Positions 40,531 to 50,406 of a stretch of 64,000 nucleotides of DNA are shown in pieces (the stretch's first letter is position 1; each line of letters opens with the position of its first letter). Origin of the DNA: Nitrospirota bacterium (lineage in GTDB: Bacteria; Nitrospirota; UBA9217); contig CAVTRN010000002.1 in NCBI GenBank assembly GCA_963737155.1, positions 2,208,001-2,272,000 of the forward strand, given 5' to 3'. Made by a program: the position numbers and the translations under genes. The notes below the pieces were generated by a model. It did not search any database. It was not told where the DNA came from and saw only the letters and a list, made by a program, of their open reading frames with translations.

Positions 40531-40829
40531 TATTTGATCTTGTGAGTTAAGGGAAATTCACATTAAAACATGACAGCGATACGACTTCATGATGCGTAGT
40601 CTACCTTGATGGATGTTCTTTGTCCGACTTGTCCATCCTGATAAACACTTGAAGGCAATTATAAGCCATAATTGGCTCTCCGTAAGTACGTACGGCATAC
40701 GTCCGCAAGATCCAAGTCCAGTGTGTTTGCCATAAGCCTGTATCAAGATGATCATTTTGGCAACGACCTGCGAAGCCCTTAGCTGGACCGGCAGCAGACC
40801 GAATAGTTGATCATTGTCATCGCTATTTC

Positions 40830-42374
40830 TCATGCGGAAACGATGAGACTTTTACCCGTCATCTCTGCGGGAATTGCGATTCCCATAAGATCGAGCACAG
40901 TCGGTGCAACATCGGCCAGAACGCCTCCGCTTCTGATCTTTACATCCTTGCGCATGAGAAGAAACGGCACTGGATCGGTCGTGTGAGCAGTGTGAGGCTG
41001 ACCCGTCGTGGGGTCGAACATGGTTTCAATGTTCCCATGATCCGCAGTGATGAGCGCTACCATGCCCTCATTCCAGGCAGCTCGGATCACGCGGCTGAGA
41101 CACTCATCGATCACTCCCACAGCTTTCACCGCGGCCTCCATGATTCCTGTATGGCCGACCATGTCAGGGTTTGCATAATTTACGAGGATAAATCCATAGT
41201 GGTGTGAACTAATCTGTGTTACCAATTTGTCGGTAATTTCCCGCGCACTCATTTCTGGCTTCTTGTCATAGGTCGCCACATCACGTGGAGACGGAACGAG
41301 AATTCGATCCTCCTGGGGAAAAGGAGTTTCTTCGCCACCGTTGAAAAAGAAGGTAACGTGCGCATATTTCTCCGTCTCTGCAATTCGCAGTTGCCGCACT
41401 CCGCTCCTGCTTATCACCTCACCAAGAATGTTCGTGAGTCTCACCGGCTCGAAAGCCACGGGCAGGTTGAAGGATTCGTCATAAGTTGTGAGACAGACGA
41501 ACTGTGATAATTTCGGGCATCTACGTCGTTCGAATCCTTGAAACGCGGGATCTGTTAATGCACGGGTTACTTCACGAGCGCGGTCTGACCGGAAGTTGCA
41601 AAAGATGACGGCATCATTGTCGCGGATTGTCGCGAGTGGCTCATTTGTCCTGCGATCAATGATCGCAACCGGGAGCACAAATTCATCGGTTCTACCATAT
41701 TCATAACTTTGTTGAACAGCCTCAAGAGCAGAATATTTTCGAATGTCCTCAGCCAGAACCATTGCTTCATACGCTTTTTGAACACGCTCCCATTGTTTAT
41801 CGCGATCCATGGCATAATATCGACCGGAAACGGAAGCAATCTTCCCAATGCCGATTTTAGCGAAATGATCTTCGAGTCGTTTGATGAATGTCAAGGCGCT
41901 CGATGGCGGTGTATCCCGTCCGTCGAGAAATGCGTGAAAGAAGACATTGGTAGCTCCCTGGGATTTTACCAGGTCAAACATTGCGAAAATATGGTCAAGC
42001 CGGCTGTGCACCCCACCGTCAGAAAGGAGACCCATAAGATGGAGGGCTGAATTAGATTTTTTGGTTGAGTCAATTGCCGAAAGAAGCACAGGATTCCGGA
42101 AAAAGTCTCCATCCCTAATCGCTTTGCTGATTCGCGTGGAATCTTGATAAACGATCCGGCCTGCGCCGAGATTAAGGTGACCGACCTCGGAGTTGCCCAT
42201 CTGTCCGTCCGGAAGGCCAACTGATTCACCAGCGGCCTTAAGTTCGGTGTGCGGATAGTCCGTCATGAGGCTATCATAGAATGGTGCCTTCGAAGCGGCA
42301 ATCGCGTTACCTTCCTTGTCCATGCTAATTCCCCAGCCGTCAAGGACAATTAGTAACACCTGTTTGTTGGTCAT
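40830..42374 (-). CDS. gpmI: 2,3-bisphosphoglycerate-independent phosphoglycerate mutase
   Basis: LDGWG, MGNSEVGH, DGRDT, AETEKYAHVT, PDMVGHTG, TADHGN. Confidence 0.98.
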   Translation of the reverse strand: MTNKQVLLIVLDGWGISMDKEGNAIAASKAPFYDSLMTDYPHTELKAAGESVGLPDGQMGNSEVGHLNLGAGRIVYQDSTRISKAIRDGDFFRNPVLLSAIDSTKKSNSALHLMGLLSDGGVHSRLDHIFAMFDLVKSQGATNVFFHAFLDGRDTPPSSALTFIKRLEDHFAKIGIGKIASVSGRYYAMDRDKQWERVQKAYEAMVLAEDIRKYSALEAVQQSYEYGRTDEFVLPVAIIDRRTNEPLATIRDNDAVIFCNFRSDRAREVTRALTDPAFQGFERRRCPKLSQFVCLTTYDESFNLPVAFEPVRLTNILGEVISRSGVRQLRIAETEKYAHVTFFFNGGEETPFPQEDRILVPSPRDVATYDKKPEMSAREITDKLVTQISSHHYGFILVNYANPDMVGHTGIMEAAVKAVGVIDECLSRVIRAAWNEGMVALITADHGNIETMFDPTTGQPHTAHTTDPVPFLLMRKDVKIRSGGVLADVAPTVLDLMGIAIPAEMTGKSLIVSA

Positions 42375-42483
42375 ATAACTCCTAAAAGAAAGGAGCCAGG
42401 AGACGGAATTAGGCGGTCACAATTAAGAAAACCGCCATCCATCAACCCCGACTCCAGCTCCTTGAATTCCTACTTGCGTTTTA

Positions 42484-43791
42484 TCAGCAGGTTTTTTCCA
42501 GATTAATTCCGTAAGTGTTCCACTTGCCGCAGTTCGGACAACGTCCTGACCAGTCGGTTGTTCTCATCTCGCAGTTTGAGCACACATAGGGGATAATGAT
42601 TTGTTTCTTGAAACCCAGGGCTTTTTTAAATTCCGACGCCGCCAGACCAAGGGATCCTCTCCTTAGGTAAATATTCCCGAGGAGTTTGTGCATGTCGGGC
42701 AACTCTTTATCGCCCCAGTCTACCGTGGAAAGTATGTCAAAGGCTTCATCAACCATCTCAAGGCGATAGTAAAGCTTCCCCATAAAAAACTTGAGCCTGT
42801 TATCCTGGGGTGTCCAAGTCACGGCTTGTGAATAAATTTCGATTGCCTTTCCTGGTTCGCCCTGTTTGAGATACAGGTCTTCCAGACGAAGTAGCAGCAG
42901 CGTCGACGACGTCATCTTATAGGCTTTTTCCCACAGTTCGGCGGCGTCCCGTACCTTGCTTTCCTCGAGATAAACCTCTCCCAATCCCAAGTAGGCCGGA
43001 ATGAAATCCCTATCGAGTTTCAGCACACCGCGGAATATCTTCTTCGCCCGTTCGAGATCGCCCGCTTCAAGGAGGGACCTCCCGAATTCGTATTTTAAAC
43101 CGACGAGGCGCCGGTGTTCAATTTCCTGTTCCTGAGGTGTAAGGGGATTAGCAACGAGCTTGCGCTGTGTTTCATACAACTCCTCCCAGTGATTGAGCCG
43201 ATGGTAGAGATCGCGCATCCTGATGAGCGCCGTTAAATTAGAAGAATCCTTGGACAGAATTTTCTGATACATGGCAAGGGCGTCATCAAAGCGTCTTGAT
43301 TCCTCATAATCGGCTGCCAGCGAGAACATGACTTCTTGATTATCGGAATCTAGGCCAAGTGCTTTCTGATGGATCAAGATGGCTTCCTGCGGGTTCTTCT
43401 CGCGCAGTTTGCTGATTCCCAGGCGAAGAAGTGTGTCTACATGGTTTGGATCTACGGCGAGTACCTTCCGGAAGTAACTGGCGGCTTCAGGATTGCGTTT
43501 TGCGAGCATTGAGTTCAACCCCTTGGTATAGAGCTCTTGGACTTTTAGACGCTTTTTCTGCTCACGCTGAACCCTGAGCCCGCGCAGGAACCGCTTGACA
43601 TCGCGCATGAAATATATGATAAAAACGAAAGCAGCGCCGATCGAGAGTGAAAGAAGGAAAAAGGTGGATTTGGTGAGTTCATAGGACTTCGACGGAAGAA
43701 AGTTGATGATGATTGTCCCCGAATTGAACTCCCGAACGGCGAAAATCAGGAGCAGGAGAACTACCAGCATCATGGAGTAGACAAATCTCAT
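42484..43791 (-). CDS. lapB: LapA/LapB-like TPR protein with C-terminal rubredoxin motif
   Basis: Two N-terminal TMs, TPR repeats, YVCSNC...WSGRCPNCGKW. Confidence 0.8.
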   Translation of the reverse strand: MRFVYSMMLVVLLLLIFAVREFNSGTIIINFLPSKSYELTKSTFFLLSLSIGAAFVFIIYFMRDVKRFLRGLRVQREQKKRLKVQELYTKGLNSMLAKRNPEAASYFRKVLAVDPNHVDTLLRLGISKLREKNPQEAILIHQKALGLDSDNQEVMFSLAADYEESRRFDDALAMYQKILSKDSSNLTALIRMRDLYHRLNHWEELYETQRKLVANPLTPQEQEIEHRRLVGLKYEFGRSLLEAGDLERAKKIFRGVLKLDRDFIPAYLGLGEVYLEESKVRDAAELWEKAYKMTSSTLLLLRLEDLYLKQGEPGKAIEIYSQAVTWTPQDNRLKFFMGKLYYRLEMVDEAFDILSTVDWGDKELPDMHKLLGNIYLRRGSLGLAASEFKKALGFKKQIIIPYVCSNCEMRTTDWSGRCPNCGKWNTYGINLEKTC

Positions 43792-43850
43792 CCGTGGTCC
43801 TTTATCCGAAAGCAGTTCAACCGGATTAACCGGTTTATCAAGCTGTTTTC

Positions 43851-44321
43851 TTAGTAGTGATACGTTTTGCCTTTGATGATCGTGAAAGCCCGGTAAATCT
43901 GTTCGAGAAGAACCAGCCTAGCCATCTCATGGGTGAATGTCCAACGGGACATTGCAATCACTTTGTCCGCCTTATCGGTTATGCTTTCGTCGAGACCCAT
44001 CGCCCCGCCCAAAACAAATGTCGTTTCCCTGATGCCGGACTCAATCCGGTCGTTTAAGAAATAGGCAAAATCATGGGACGTGAGTTCCCGTCCTCTTTCG
44101 TCTAGTGCGGCAAGAAATGCTCCCGAAGGCATTGCTTTGAATATCTTCTCCGCCTCCCGCTTTCTGATAATCGGCGCATCCTTGAGATCGTGAATTTTTT
44201 CTTCCCTGAGTTCCTTGACCTCTATGTCGACGTACGGTTTAAGATACCTGAGATACTTCGCTATTCCTTCCTGAATGAACCGTTCTCGCGTTTTCCCTAG
44301 GCAAATCACGACCAGATTCAT
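43851..44321 (-). CDS. rlmH: 23S rRNA m3Psi1915 methyltransferase
   Basis: LDERG, FVLGGAMG, TFTHEMARLVLLEQIYRA, YHY. Confidence 0.96.
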   Translation of the reverse strand: MNLVVICLGKTRERFIQEGIAKYLRYLKPYVDIEVKELREEKIHDLKDAPIIRKREAEKIFKAMPSGAFLAALDERGRELTSHDFAYFLNDRIESGIRETTFVLGGAMGLDESITDKADKVIAMSRWTFTHEMARLVLLEQIYRAFTIIKGKTYHY

Positions 44322-44695
44322 GACGAAGCGCCCTGGAGTTCCCGCGGCCGTGGAATGCCGGGAATGCGTGGAGCATCGCTCCAGAGCTTTTCGAGACTGT
44401 AATATAGACGCGTCTGCTCATCGAAAATATGAACCACCACATCGCCGAAGTCCATAAGCACCCAGCTCGATTCGGCACCCCCTTCCACATGAGAAGGATG
44501 TTCGCCTGCCTGAGCCAAGATATGGCCTATCCAGTCGGCTATGGCGGACACTTGGGTCGTATTTGACCCCGAACAGATGACGAAGTAATCTGTTATATAC
44601 GTGAGTCGCCGCAGATCGAGTATCTGGATATCGAACGCCTTTTTGCTATCCGCTGCATCCGCGCAAAGCTGCGCTGATTCTAAAGAATTAAGCAT
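44318..44695 (-). CDS. rsfS: ribosome silencing factor
   Basis: DYFVICSG, WVLMDFGDVVVHIF, YSLEKLW. Confidence 0.96.
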   Translation of the reverse strand: MLNSLESAQLCADAADSKKAFDIQILDLRRLTYITDYFVICSGSNTTQVSAIADWIGHILAQAGEHPSHVEGGAESSWVLMDFGDVVVHIFDEQTRLYYSLEKLWSDAPRIPGIPRPRELQGASS

Positions 44696-45347
44696 AGAGT
44701 TTATTTTTAATTATATAGGTTTCAACCGCATCAGGCAAGAGATATTTGATACTTCTGTTCTCCCTTATCCTCCTGCGAATGTCCGTTGACGAGATATCGT
44801 AAAGAGGAATCATTTCCAGGAAAACCGCAAACTCGCCTGAACGTACAACTGCCCGCGTGCTGAAGCCTCGATCCAAAGCCGCAAGTTCTTTTTCTGCGGA
44901 TTTCATAAAGTTTATCCGGGATAGATCTTGAAAGCGGTAACCAGGCCGCGAGAGAACTACAAAACCACACAGGGTCAAGAGCTTTTCCCATCGATTCCAA
45001 GTCTGGATTTCAAGGAAGGAATCAAGGCCGGTAATGAAATACAACTCCGCTTCTTGCCGGGTATGGCGCAACGCTTCTATTGTATCAATGGTATAAGACC
45101 TGCCGCCGCGGATGATCTCAATATCCGACAACTCAAACATCGGATTGCCTGCAATCGCTAGACGTACCATATCCATCCGATGGACAAAAGACGGGAAGTC
45201 CTCTTCCTCTTTGTGTGGAGGAATAAAGGACGGTACGAACAATACACGCTCAAGTCCCAACCGGTTGCTGACTTCCTCCGCTGCCGCGAGGTGACCGTAG
45301 TGGACCGGATTGAATGTACCGCCGAGGATGCCAAGTTTCAATGACAA
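44688..45347 (-). CDS. nadD: nicotinate-nucleotide adenylyltransferase
   Basis: GGTFNPVHYGH, PPHK, SYTIDT, ISSTDIR. Confidence 0.97.
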   Translation of the reverse strand: MSLKLGILGGTFNPVHYGHLAAAEEVSNRLGLERVLFVPSFIPPHKEEEDFPSFVHRMDMVRLAIAGNPMFELSDIEIIRGGRSYTIDTIEALRHTRQEAELYFITGLDSFLEIQTWNRWEKLLTLCGFVVLSRPGYRFQDLSRINFMKSAEKELAALDRGFSTRAVVRSGEFAVFLEMIPLYDISSTDIRRRIRENRSIKYLLPDAVETYIIKNKLYA

Positions 45348-45409
45348 ATAATCTCCGGTTTTTTAAAGATCTCGAGTTTATAGAGTCCGTCGAGCGCATA
45401 GAGTTAAAC

Positions 45410-45550
45410 AAGAATACCCACGGCATACACCCGTGGCACTTATCAAGACCTAACTTCAACTACCCTTATCTACTTTTCGTGAATTTCCACATATCGCCTG
45501 ATTATCTCTTCATTCAATCCAACCGCGGGTTTCAGCGCGTTCTTTGATAA
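45410..45550 (-). mobile_element. non-coding IS200/IS605 mini-element remnant
   Basis: Hairpin TACCCACGG-CATACAC-CCGTGGCACTT, similar to 6005-6032, plus a degenerate left-end-like CATTC..CCGCGGGTTTCAGCGCG..GATAA. Confidence 0.55.
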
Positions 45551-45587
45551 TAAAAGGAAATCGCACATTCTTTTCAATCTCTTCAAG

Positions 45588-46844
45588 CTATCTTCTTATC
45601 TGTCCGTTTCCCAACACGATGAACTTGGTTGATGTGAGTTCCTCGAGCCCCATGGGCCCCCGAGCGTGGATCCTTGTGGTCGATATTCCGATCTCGGCAC
45701 CCAGACCGAATTCGAAGCCGTCATTTAGCCGTGTCGATGCGTTTACGAAAACTGCGGACGCATCTACTTCCCGCAGAAAACGCCGTGCGTTCTGGTAGTC
45801 ATTCGTAACTATGGCCTCTGAGTGCTGTGATCCGTGCATAACAATGTGCTCCATGGCATCTTCCATACTAATAACAATTTTGACGTTCAGGATCAAGTCA
45901 TTATATTCAGTGCCCCAATCCCTGTCCGTTGCGTCCTTGACATCGGGAACAACGGCTTTGGTTTTCATGCAGCCGCGAATCTCGACACCCGACTTCCGAA
46001 GCATCGCAATAACTGCCGGCAAAAACACCGCTGCAATATCCTTATGCACGAGCATGGTCTCCATTGCATTGCACGTCCCGGGCCTTTGTACCTTTGCGTT
46101 AAAACAGATTTTTTCCGCCATTGCAAGATCCGCCTTGCTGTCGACGTAGACATGACAGATGCCCTTGTCATGTTTGATCACGGGAATGGTCGAATTTTCC
46201 GATACCATGCGAATCAGTCCTTCGCCGCCGCGGGGAATAATGAGATCAACGAATTGGTTCAGTTTCAGCATCTCCATGACACATGCCCGGTCTGGGTTTT
46301 CAATGAAGGTTATTGCCCCATCAGGTATTCCTGCTTCCGCGCCGGATTTCGAAAGCACATCAATAATAGCATTGTTGGAGTGGACAGCTTCGGATCCGCC
46401 TCTCAACAGTACACCGTTGCCTGATTTGAGGCAGAGCGCTGCCGAGTCCACTGTCACGTTGGGACGAGATTCATATATAATGCCAATGAGGCCGATGGGC
46501 ACCCGCATCCTGCCTATCTCCATGCCGTTCGGGCGTCGCCACATCCGGAGCACTTCGCCGACTGGGTCTGGCAGGGCAGCGACCTCCCGCAATCCATCAG
46601 ACATGGCTTTGATCCTGTCATGGGTCAGGGTCAGTCGGTCCATCATGGCTTTGGACAGATTTTTCTTCTCCGCTTCCATCAGGTCTTCGCGGTTTTCCGA
46701 GATAAGTCTGGCAGCTTCTTTTTCAAGCCCAGATGCCATCTTGAAAAGCGCATTGTTTTTAATTTCCGTCGAGATATTTGCAAGATTCCTCGACGCGGCC
46801 TTCGCCTTTTTTGCCTTCTCTGAAACATACTGTTTTATGTCCAA
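45588..46844 (-). CDS. proA: gamma-glutamyl phosphate reductase
   Basis: IIYESRPNVT, IIPRGG, CNAMET, NASTR, EIGIST..HARGPMGL. Confidence 0.98.
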   Translation of the reverse strand: MDIKQYVSEKAKKAKAASRNLANISTEIKNNALFKMASGLEKEAARLISENREDLMEAEKKNLSKAMMDRLTLTHDRIKAMSDGLREVAALPDPVGEVLRMWRRPNGMEIGRMRVPIGLIGIIYESRPNVTVDSAALCLKSGNGVLLRGGSEAVHSNNAIIDVLSKSGAEAGIPDGAITFIENPDRACVMEMLKLNQFVDLIIPRGGEGLIRMVSENSTIPVIKHDKGICHVYVDSKADLAMAEKICFNAKVQRPGTCNAMETMLVHKDIAAVFLPAVIAMLRKSGVEIRGCMKTKAVVPDVKDATDRDWGTEYNDLILNVKIVISMEDAMEHIVMHGSQHSEAIVTNDYQNARRFLREVDASAVFVNASTRLNDGFEFGLGAEIGISTTRIHARGPMGLEELTSTKFIVLGNGQIRR

Positions 46845-46875
46845 CGTCCCCTCCCCTCATTGTCGGCCGATTATT

Positions 46876-47382
46876 TCACCGAGCAATCCTATCCGAACTG
46901 TCTGTAAGCTTCTTCTCATTTTCTATTTCACCGTAAATAACGCTTTTCACGTTTCCATCTGATCCGACAAAGAACGTAACCGGGAGGAACAAGACTCCGT
47001 ATTTCTCGCTAACCACGCCGTTGAGATCACTCAACACGAGAGGCTTTTTCACCTTCAGGTCACCCAACAGCGCCTCTATGGTCTTTTTATCTTCCTTGAC
47101 ATTTATGATGACGACCTTTATCCCTTTTCTGTTCAACTCATCGGTCAGGGAATTTATGAGCGGGAGTTCGTTCCTGCACGACATACACCACGAAGCAAAA
47201 AAACTCAGCATCACTCCCTGGACAGGCTCTTTCCTTGTCGAGCCTACAAAGTCGGCAAGATTGAAATCCTTTCCCACTTGGTCCTTGAGGGAAAACAGCG
47301 GTGCAGATTCATCCACCCTGATCCCAGCAAATGCGGGAGCAGTAATCAAATAAAGTCCCATCACGATGATGAATTTTTTCAT
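46876..47382 (-). CDS. TlpA/ResA-like thiol-disulfide oxidoreductase
   Basis: Signal peptide, FFASWCMSCRNELP, LPVTFFV. Confidence 0.9.
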   Translation of the reverse strand: MKKFIIVMGLYLITAPAFAGIRVDESAPLFSLKDQVGKDFNLADFVGSTRKEPVQGVMLSFFASWCMSCRNELPLINSLTDELNRKGIKVVIINVKEDKKTIEALLGDLKVKKPLVLSDLNGVVSEKYGVLFLPVTFFVGSDGNVKSVIYGEIENEKKLTDSSDRIAR

Positions 47383-47408
47383 GCGAAATTATCGTCCTTC
47401 CCGATCAA

Positions 47409-48563
47409 TCAGAGTATTACCAGATCGTCCCGGTGAATTACTTCGTCGTAATCTTTGTGGCCGAGCACGGAGGCGATCTGCGCTGTTTTGAGGCCTTGAA
47501 TGCGCTCCAGGTCTGACGAGGAATATTTTACCAGCCCTCGTGCGAACGCGTTACCGTGGCGGTCAACACAGGTCACACAGTCTCCGATTTTAAAATTTCC
47601 TTCCACCTTTATAATTCCACCGGGTAGCAAACTTTTGCCCTTGTTCACCAAAGCCTCGCGGCCGCCATCGTCTATAACAATTCTTCCCTTTGTGGAAACC
47701 GTATAAGCAATCCAATGCTTGCGACTCTCCTGCCTTTCCTGACGAGGCAAAAACAGGGTGCCAACTTCTTCCCCCTCGAAAAGCCTTTGAAGGATGCCGG
47801 CTCTTTTCCCGTTCACGATAACCATGGGTACGCCATAGGCCGCCACTTTCTTTGCCGTCAAAAGTTTGGAGCGCATGCCGCCCGTCCCCGTCGTCGTATG
47901 TGCGTCTCCTGCACCACGTTCCACTTCAGCAGTTATCTTTTCTACAAGAGGAATCAGGGTGGCCGAAGGGTCCATTTTCGGGTCGGCGGTGTAAAGGCCG
48001 TCTATGTCGGAAAGGATGATAAGCAAAGCGGCGTCTGCCAAGTGAACCACCATACCAGAGAGGTTGTCGTTGTCGCCGAATTTTATTTCATCGACCGAAA
48101 CAGTGTCGTTTTCGTTGATAATGGGAATGACACCATAGTCCAGCAACGTCTGTATGGTGTTCCGCGCGTTCAAAAAACGGGTGCGGTTTGACAGGTCTTC
48201 ACGTGTTAGCAACACTTGGGCAACTTTCAGTCCATGGGATGAAAAGGTTTTCTCGTAGGCCCACATAAGGCCTGATTGGCCTATGGCTGCCGACGCCTGT
48301 TTGAGCGAGAGTGGCATGTTTTTTGTTTTCTTCAGCCCCAGCTTCGCGAGCCCCGCTGCAATTGCGCCAGAGGACACCAAAATGATCTCAACCCCACGGC
48401 TCATGATAGACGCCATGTCGGAGACAAGCCGCTCAATGCGGCCGTGATCCAACCCCTGCCCTGAATCGGTCAGCACGGCGCTTCCGACCTTGATAACGAT
48501 TCGGCGAGGCTTTTCAAAAATTGTACTCCGATAGTTATTGCTGATTTTCTGCTTAGCACCCAT
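47409..48563 (-). CDS. proB: glutamate 5-kinase
   Basis: VIKVGS, VSSGA, INEND, GDND, GTGGM, PUA domain. Confidence 0.98.
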   Translation of the reverse strand: MGAKQKISNNYRSTIFEKPRRIVIKVGSAVLTDSGQGLDHGRIERLVSDMASIMSRGVEIILVSSGAIAAGLAKLGLKKTKNMPLSLKQASAAIGQSGLMWAYEKTFSSHGLKVAQVLLTREDLSNRTRFLNARNTIQTLLDYGVIPIINENDTVSVDEIKFGDNDNLSGMVVHLADAALLIILSDIDGLYTADPKMDPSATLIPLVEKITAEVERGAGDAHTTTGTGGMRSKLLTAKKVAAYGVPMVIVNGKRAGILQRLFEGEEVGTLFLPRQERQESRKHWIAYTVSTKGRIVIDDGGREALVNKGKSLLPGGIIKVEGNFKIGDCVTCVDRHGNAFARGLVKYSSSDLERIQGLKTAQIASVLGHKDYDEVIHRDDLVIL

Positions 48564-48616
48564 GAATTTTCAAAGCCCTACCTATTCACCCCGGCTGAAG
48601 TCTCCTTTTTCCATTG

Positions 48617-49681
48617 TTAATCCAGTTCCCTGACAGCCGCCTCCCGACTGTTGCCTCCCGGCCCCGTTTCTTTTGCCTCTCTCTCCTGCTCGACCTTGCC
48701 CGCAAGAAATCTGAGAAGTTCTTCAAGCCCTTCACCGGTAACGGCTGAGATAGGGAAAATATGGAATCCGTTTTGATGACAGTATACAGTCATCTCATCG
48801 AGTTGCGCCGCATCGCTAGCATCGACCTTGGTAGCCGCCACGGCCATAAATTTTTTCAACAGCGCTTCATTATAAAGTTCCAGCTCTTTGTTAACTTTCT
48901 TAAAATTCTCCACAGGATCACCGGGCACCATGCCTGAGACATCCACCAGGTGAAGAAGGATTGAAGTTCGTTCCACGTGTCGCAGGAATTCAAAACCAAG
49001 ACCAGCGCCCTTATGGGCGTTCTCTATCAATCCGGGGATATCGGCTACAACGAAACTTCGCCTCCCCTCGGGTTTAACAACCCCAAGAACGGGCGACAAG
49101 GTAGTAAAAGGGTAATCGGCGATCTTCGGCTTGGCTGCAGAAATGCGCGAAATAAGCGTCGACTTTCCCGCATTGGGAAGTCCGACAAGCCCCACATCTG
49201 CCAGAAGCTTGAGTTCTAGATACAACCACTGTTCCTCGCCGTCCTCACCCGGTTGGGCATGACGGGGCGCCTGATTAGTAGCCGATTTGAAGAAGGCATT
49301 CCCCTTGCCTCCCCTACCTCCCCAGGCTATGACGTATTCTTTTCCCTCTTCATCCATGTCCACGATAAGCGATCGCGTCTCGGAATCGTTTACGATTGTG
49401 CCAACGGGAACGCGTATTACGGTTTCTTTGCCGTCGGCGCCCGATTGCTCTTTGCCACGGCCCTGTTCGCCCTTTTCAGCTAGGTACTGCTGCTGATACT
49501 GGAGATCGATCAGCGTTCCAAGCTGCTTGTCAGCCTTGATGACGACATCCCCACCCTTGCCGCCATTGCCGCCGTTCGGTCCGCCTCTCGGTACATAAGC
49601 TTCACGACGGAAACTTACGCATCCCGCGCCTCCATGGCCTGCTTTTACATATATTTTTACTCTGTCTATAAAGTTGGACAT
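48617..49681 (-). CDS. obgE: Obg GTPase
   Basis: Gly-rich Obg fold, GLPNAGKST, DYPFTT, DIPG; start at MSNFIDR. Confidence 0.98.
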   Translation of the reverse strand: MSNFIDRVKIYVKAGHGGAGCVSFRREAYVPRGGPNGGNGGKGGDVVIKADKQLGTLIDLQYQQQYLAEKGEQGRGKEQSGADGKETVIRVPVGTIVNDSETRSLIVDMDEEGKEYVIAWGGRGGKGNAFFKSATNQAPRHAQPGEDGEEQWLYLELKLLADVGLVGLPNAGKSTLISRISAAKPKIADYPFTTLSPVLGVVKPEGRRSFVVADIPGLIENAHKGAGLGFEFLRHVERTSILLHLVDVSGMVPGDPVENFKKVNKELELYNEALLKKFMAVAATKVDASDAAQLDEMTVYCHQNGFHIFPISAVTGEGLEELLRFLAGKVEQEREAKETGPGGNSREAAVRELD

Positions 49682-49907
49682 CTGATATTTAAATCCCTTT
49701 CGCACAAATTCCCCTCTATTGCAAAAGGGTAATTTGAATAATGTTTTCAATGAAATATACAGTTCTATTCTTGAAAATGCAAGCTGGAAAAGATTATATA
49801 GGACTGTTCTGAATGTTGGCCCTCTCCGACAGAGAGAGACTTAATAACGTAAGTATCACGCACTGAGCTGATATACGGATCCCGCAATTCGTCTGGATAT
49901 GATGAGA

Positions 49908-50316
49908 GTAGAAATCCGCCCCGGCCTTAAGGGCCGAGGTTTCCAACAACAGAGGCTCTCGCTCGCCCTTACTGTGTTGCTCCCTGTTTGACACCGCATT
50001 ATGGCTCCGTTCGAAAATACCAGGCCGCCCAGATAATGCCCTGACCTTGACAATACCTTTTGCTGCCTTTTCGTCGGCGTTAACCACATAACCGCATTCT
50101 GCACAACAGAACTACTCTTGATACGGTCGATTTTCCTGAGGGATATGCCCGCATTGAGAGCACTTTTGCAAGAATACGCTGGTGGCACAAAGATGGCCTG
50201 CCCCCCACGTCACGCCTGCCTATACTGAATCTGGCGCTTGAACTCTCCCCAACCCTGATCCAAAGATAACCTTGTCAATGCCTAAGAGAAGGGGTTTTTA
50301 CGGCGCGAATGATGAA
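49908..50316 (-). mobile_element. internally deleted IS605-group element with degraded tnpB 3' end
   Basis: Right-end hairpin GGAAACCTCGGCCCTTAAGGCCGGGGCGG (minus); left-end-like GGGGTTTTTACGGCGCG at 50291-50307. Confidence 0.85.
50045..50266 (-). pseudogene. tnpB: tnpB C-terminal fragment with stops and a frameshift
   Basis: LDQGWGEFKRQIQYRQA*RGGQAIFVPPAYS/CSQCGHIPQENRPYQE*FCCAECGYVVNADEKAA. Confidence 0.88.
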
Positions 50317-50406
50317 CAGTCCGATGAAAATGATTTCAGCATTCGTCCCCAAGCTTTATTTATCCCACGCAGCTCTCTTCAGATTTGCGTTTTGGATAAT
50401 CCAGGC

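Noticed and set aside
40558-40833. 91-aa ORF overlapping the gpmI stop
   Set aside because: The ATGA overlap is suggestive, but there is no motif or RBS; left uncalled.
42388-42475. GGAGCCAGGAG / CTCCAGCTCC inverted-repeat-like spacer
   Set aside because: Low complexity and imperfect; no specific function can be supported.
46159-46962. Long antisense ORFs over housekeeping genes (here proA; also purB, ribBA, recG, mrcA)
   Set aside because: Shadow frames opposite well-supported genes.
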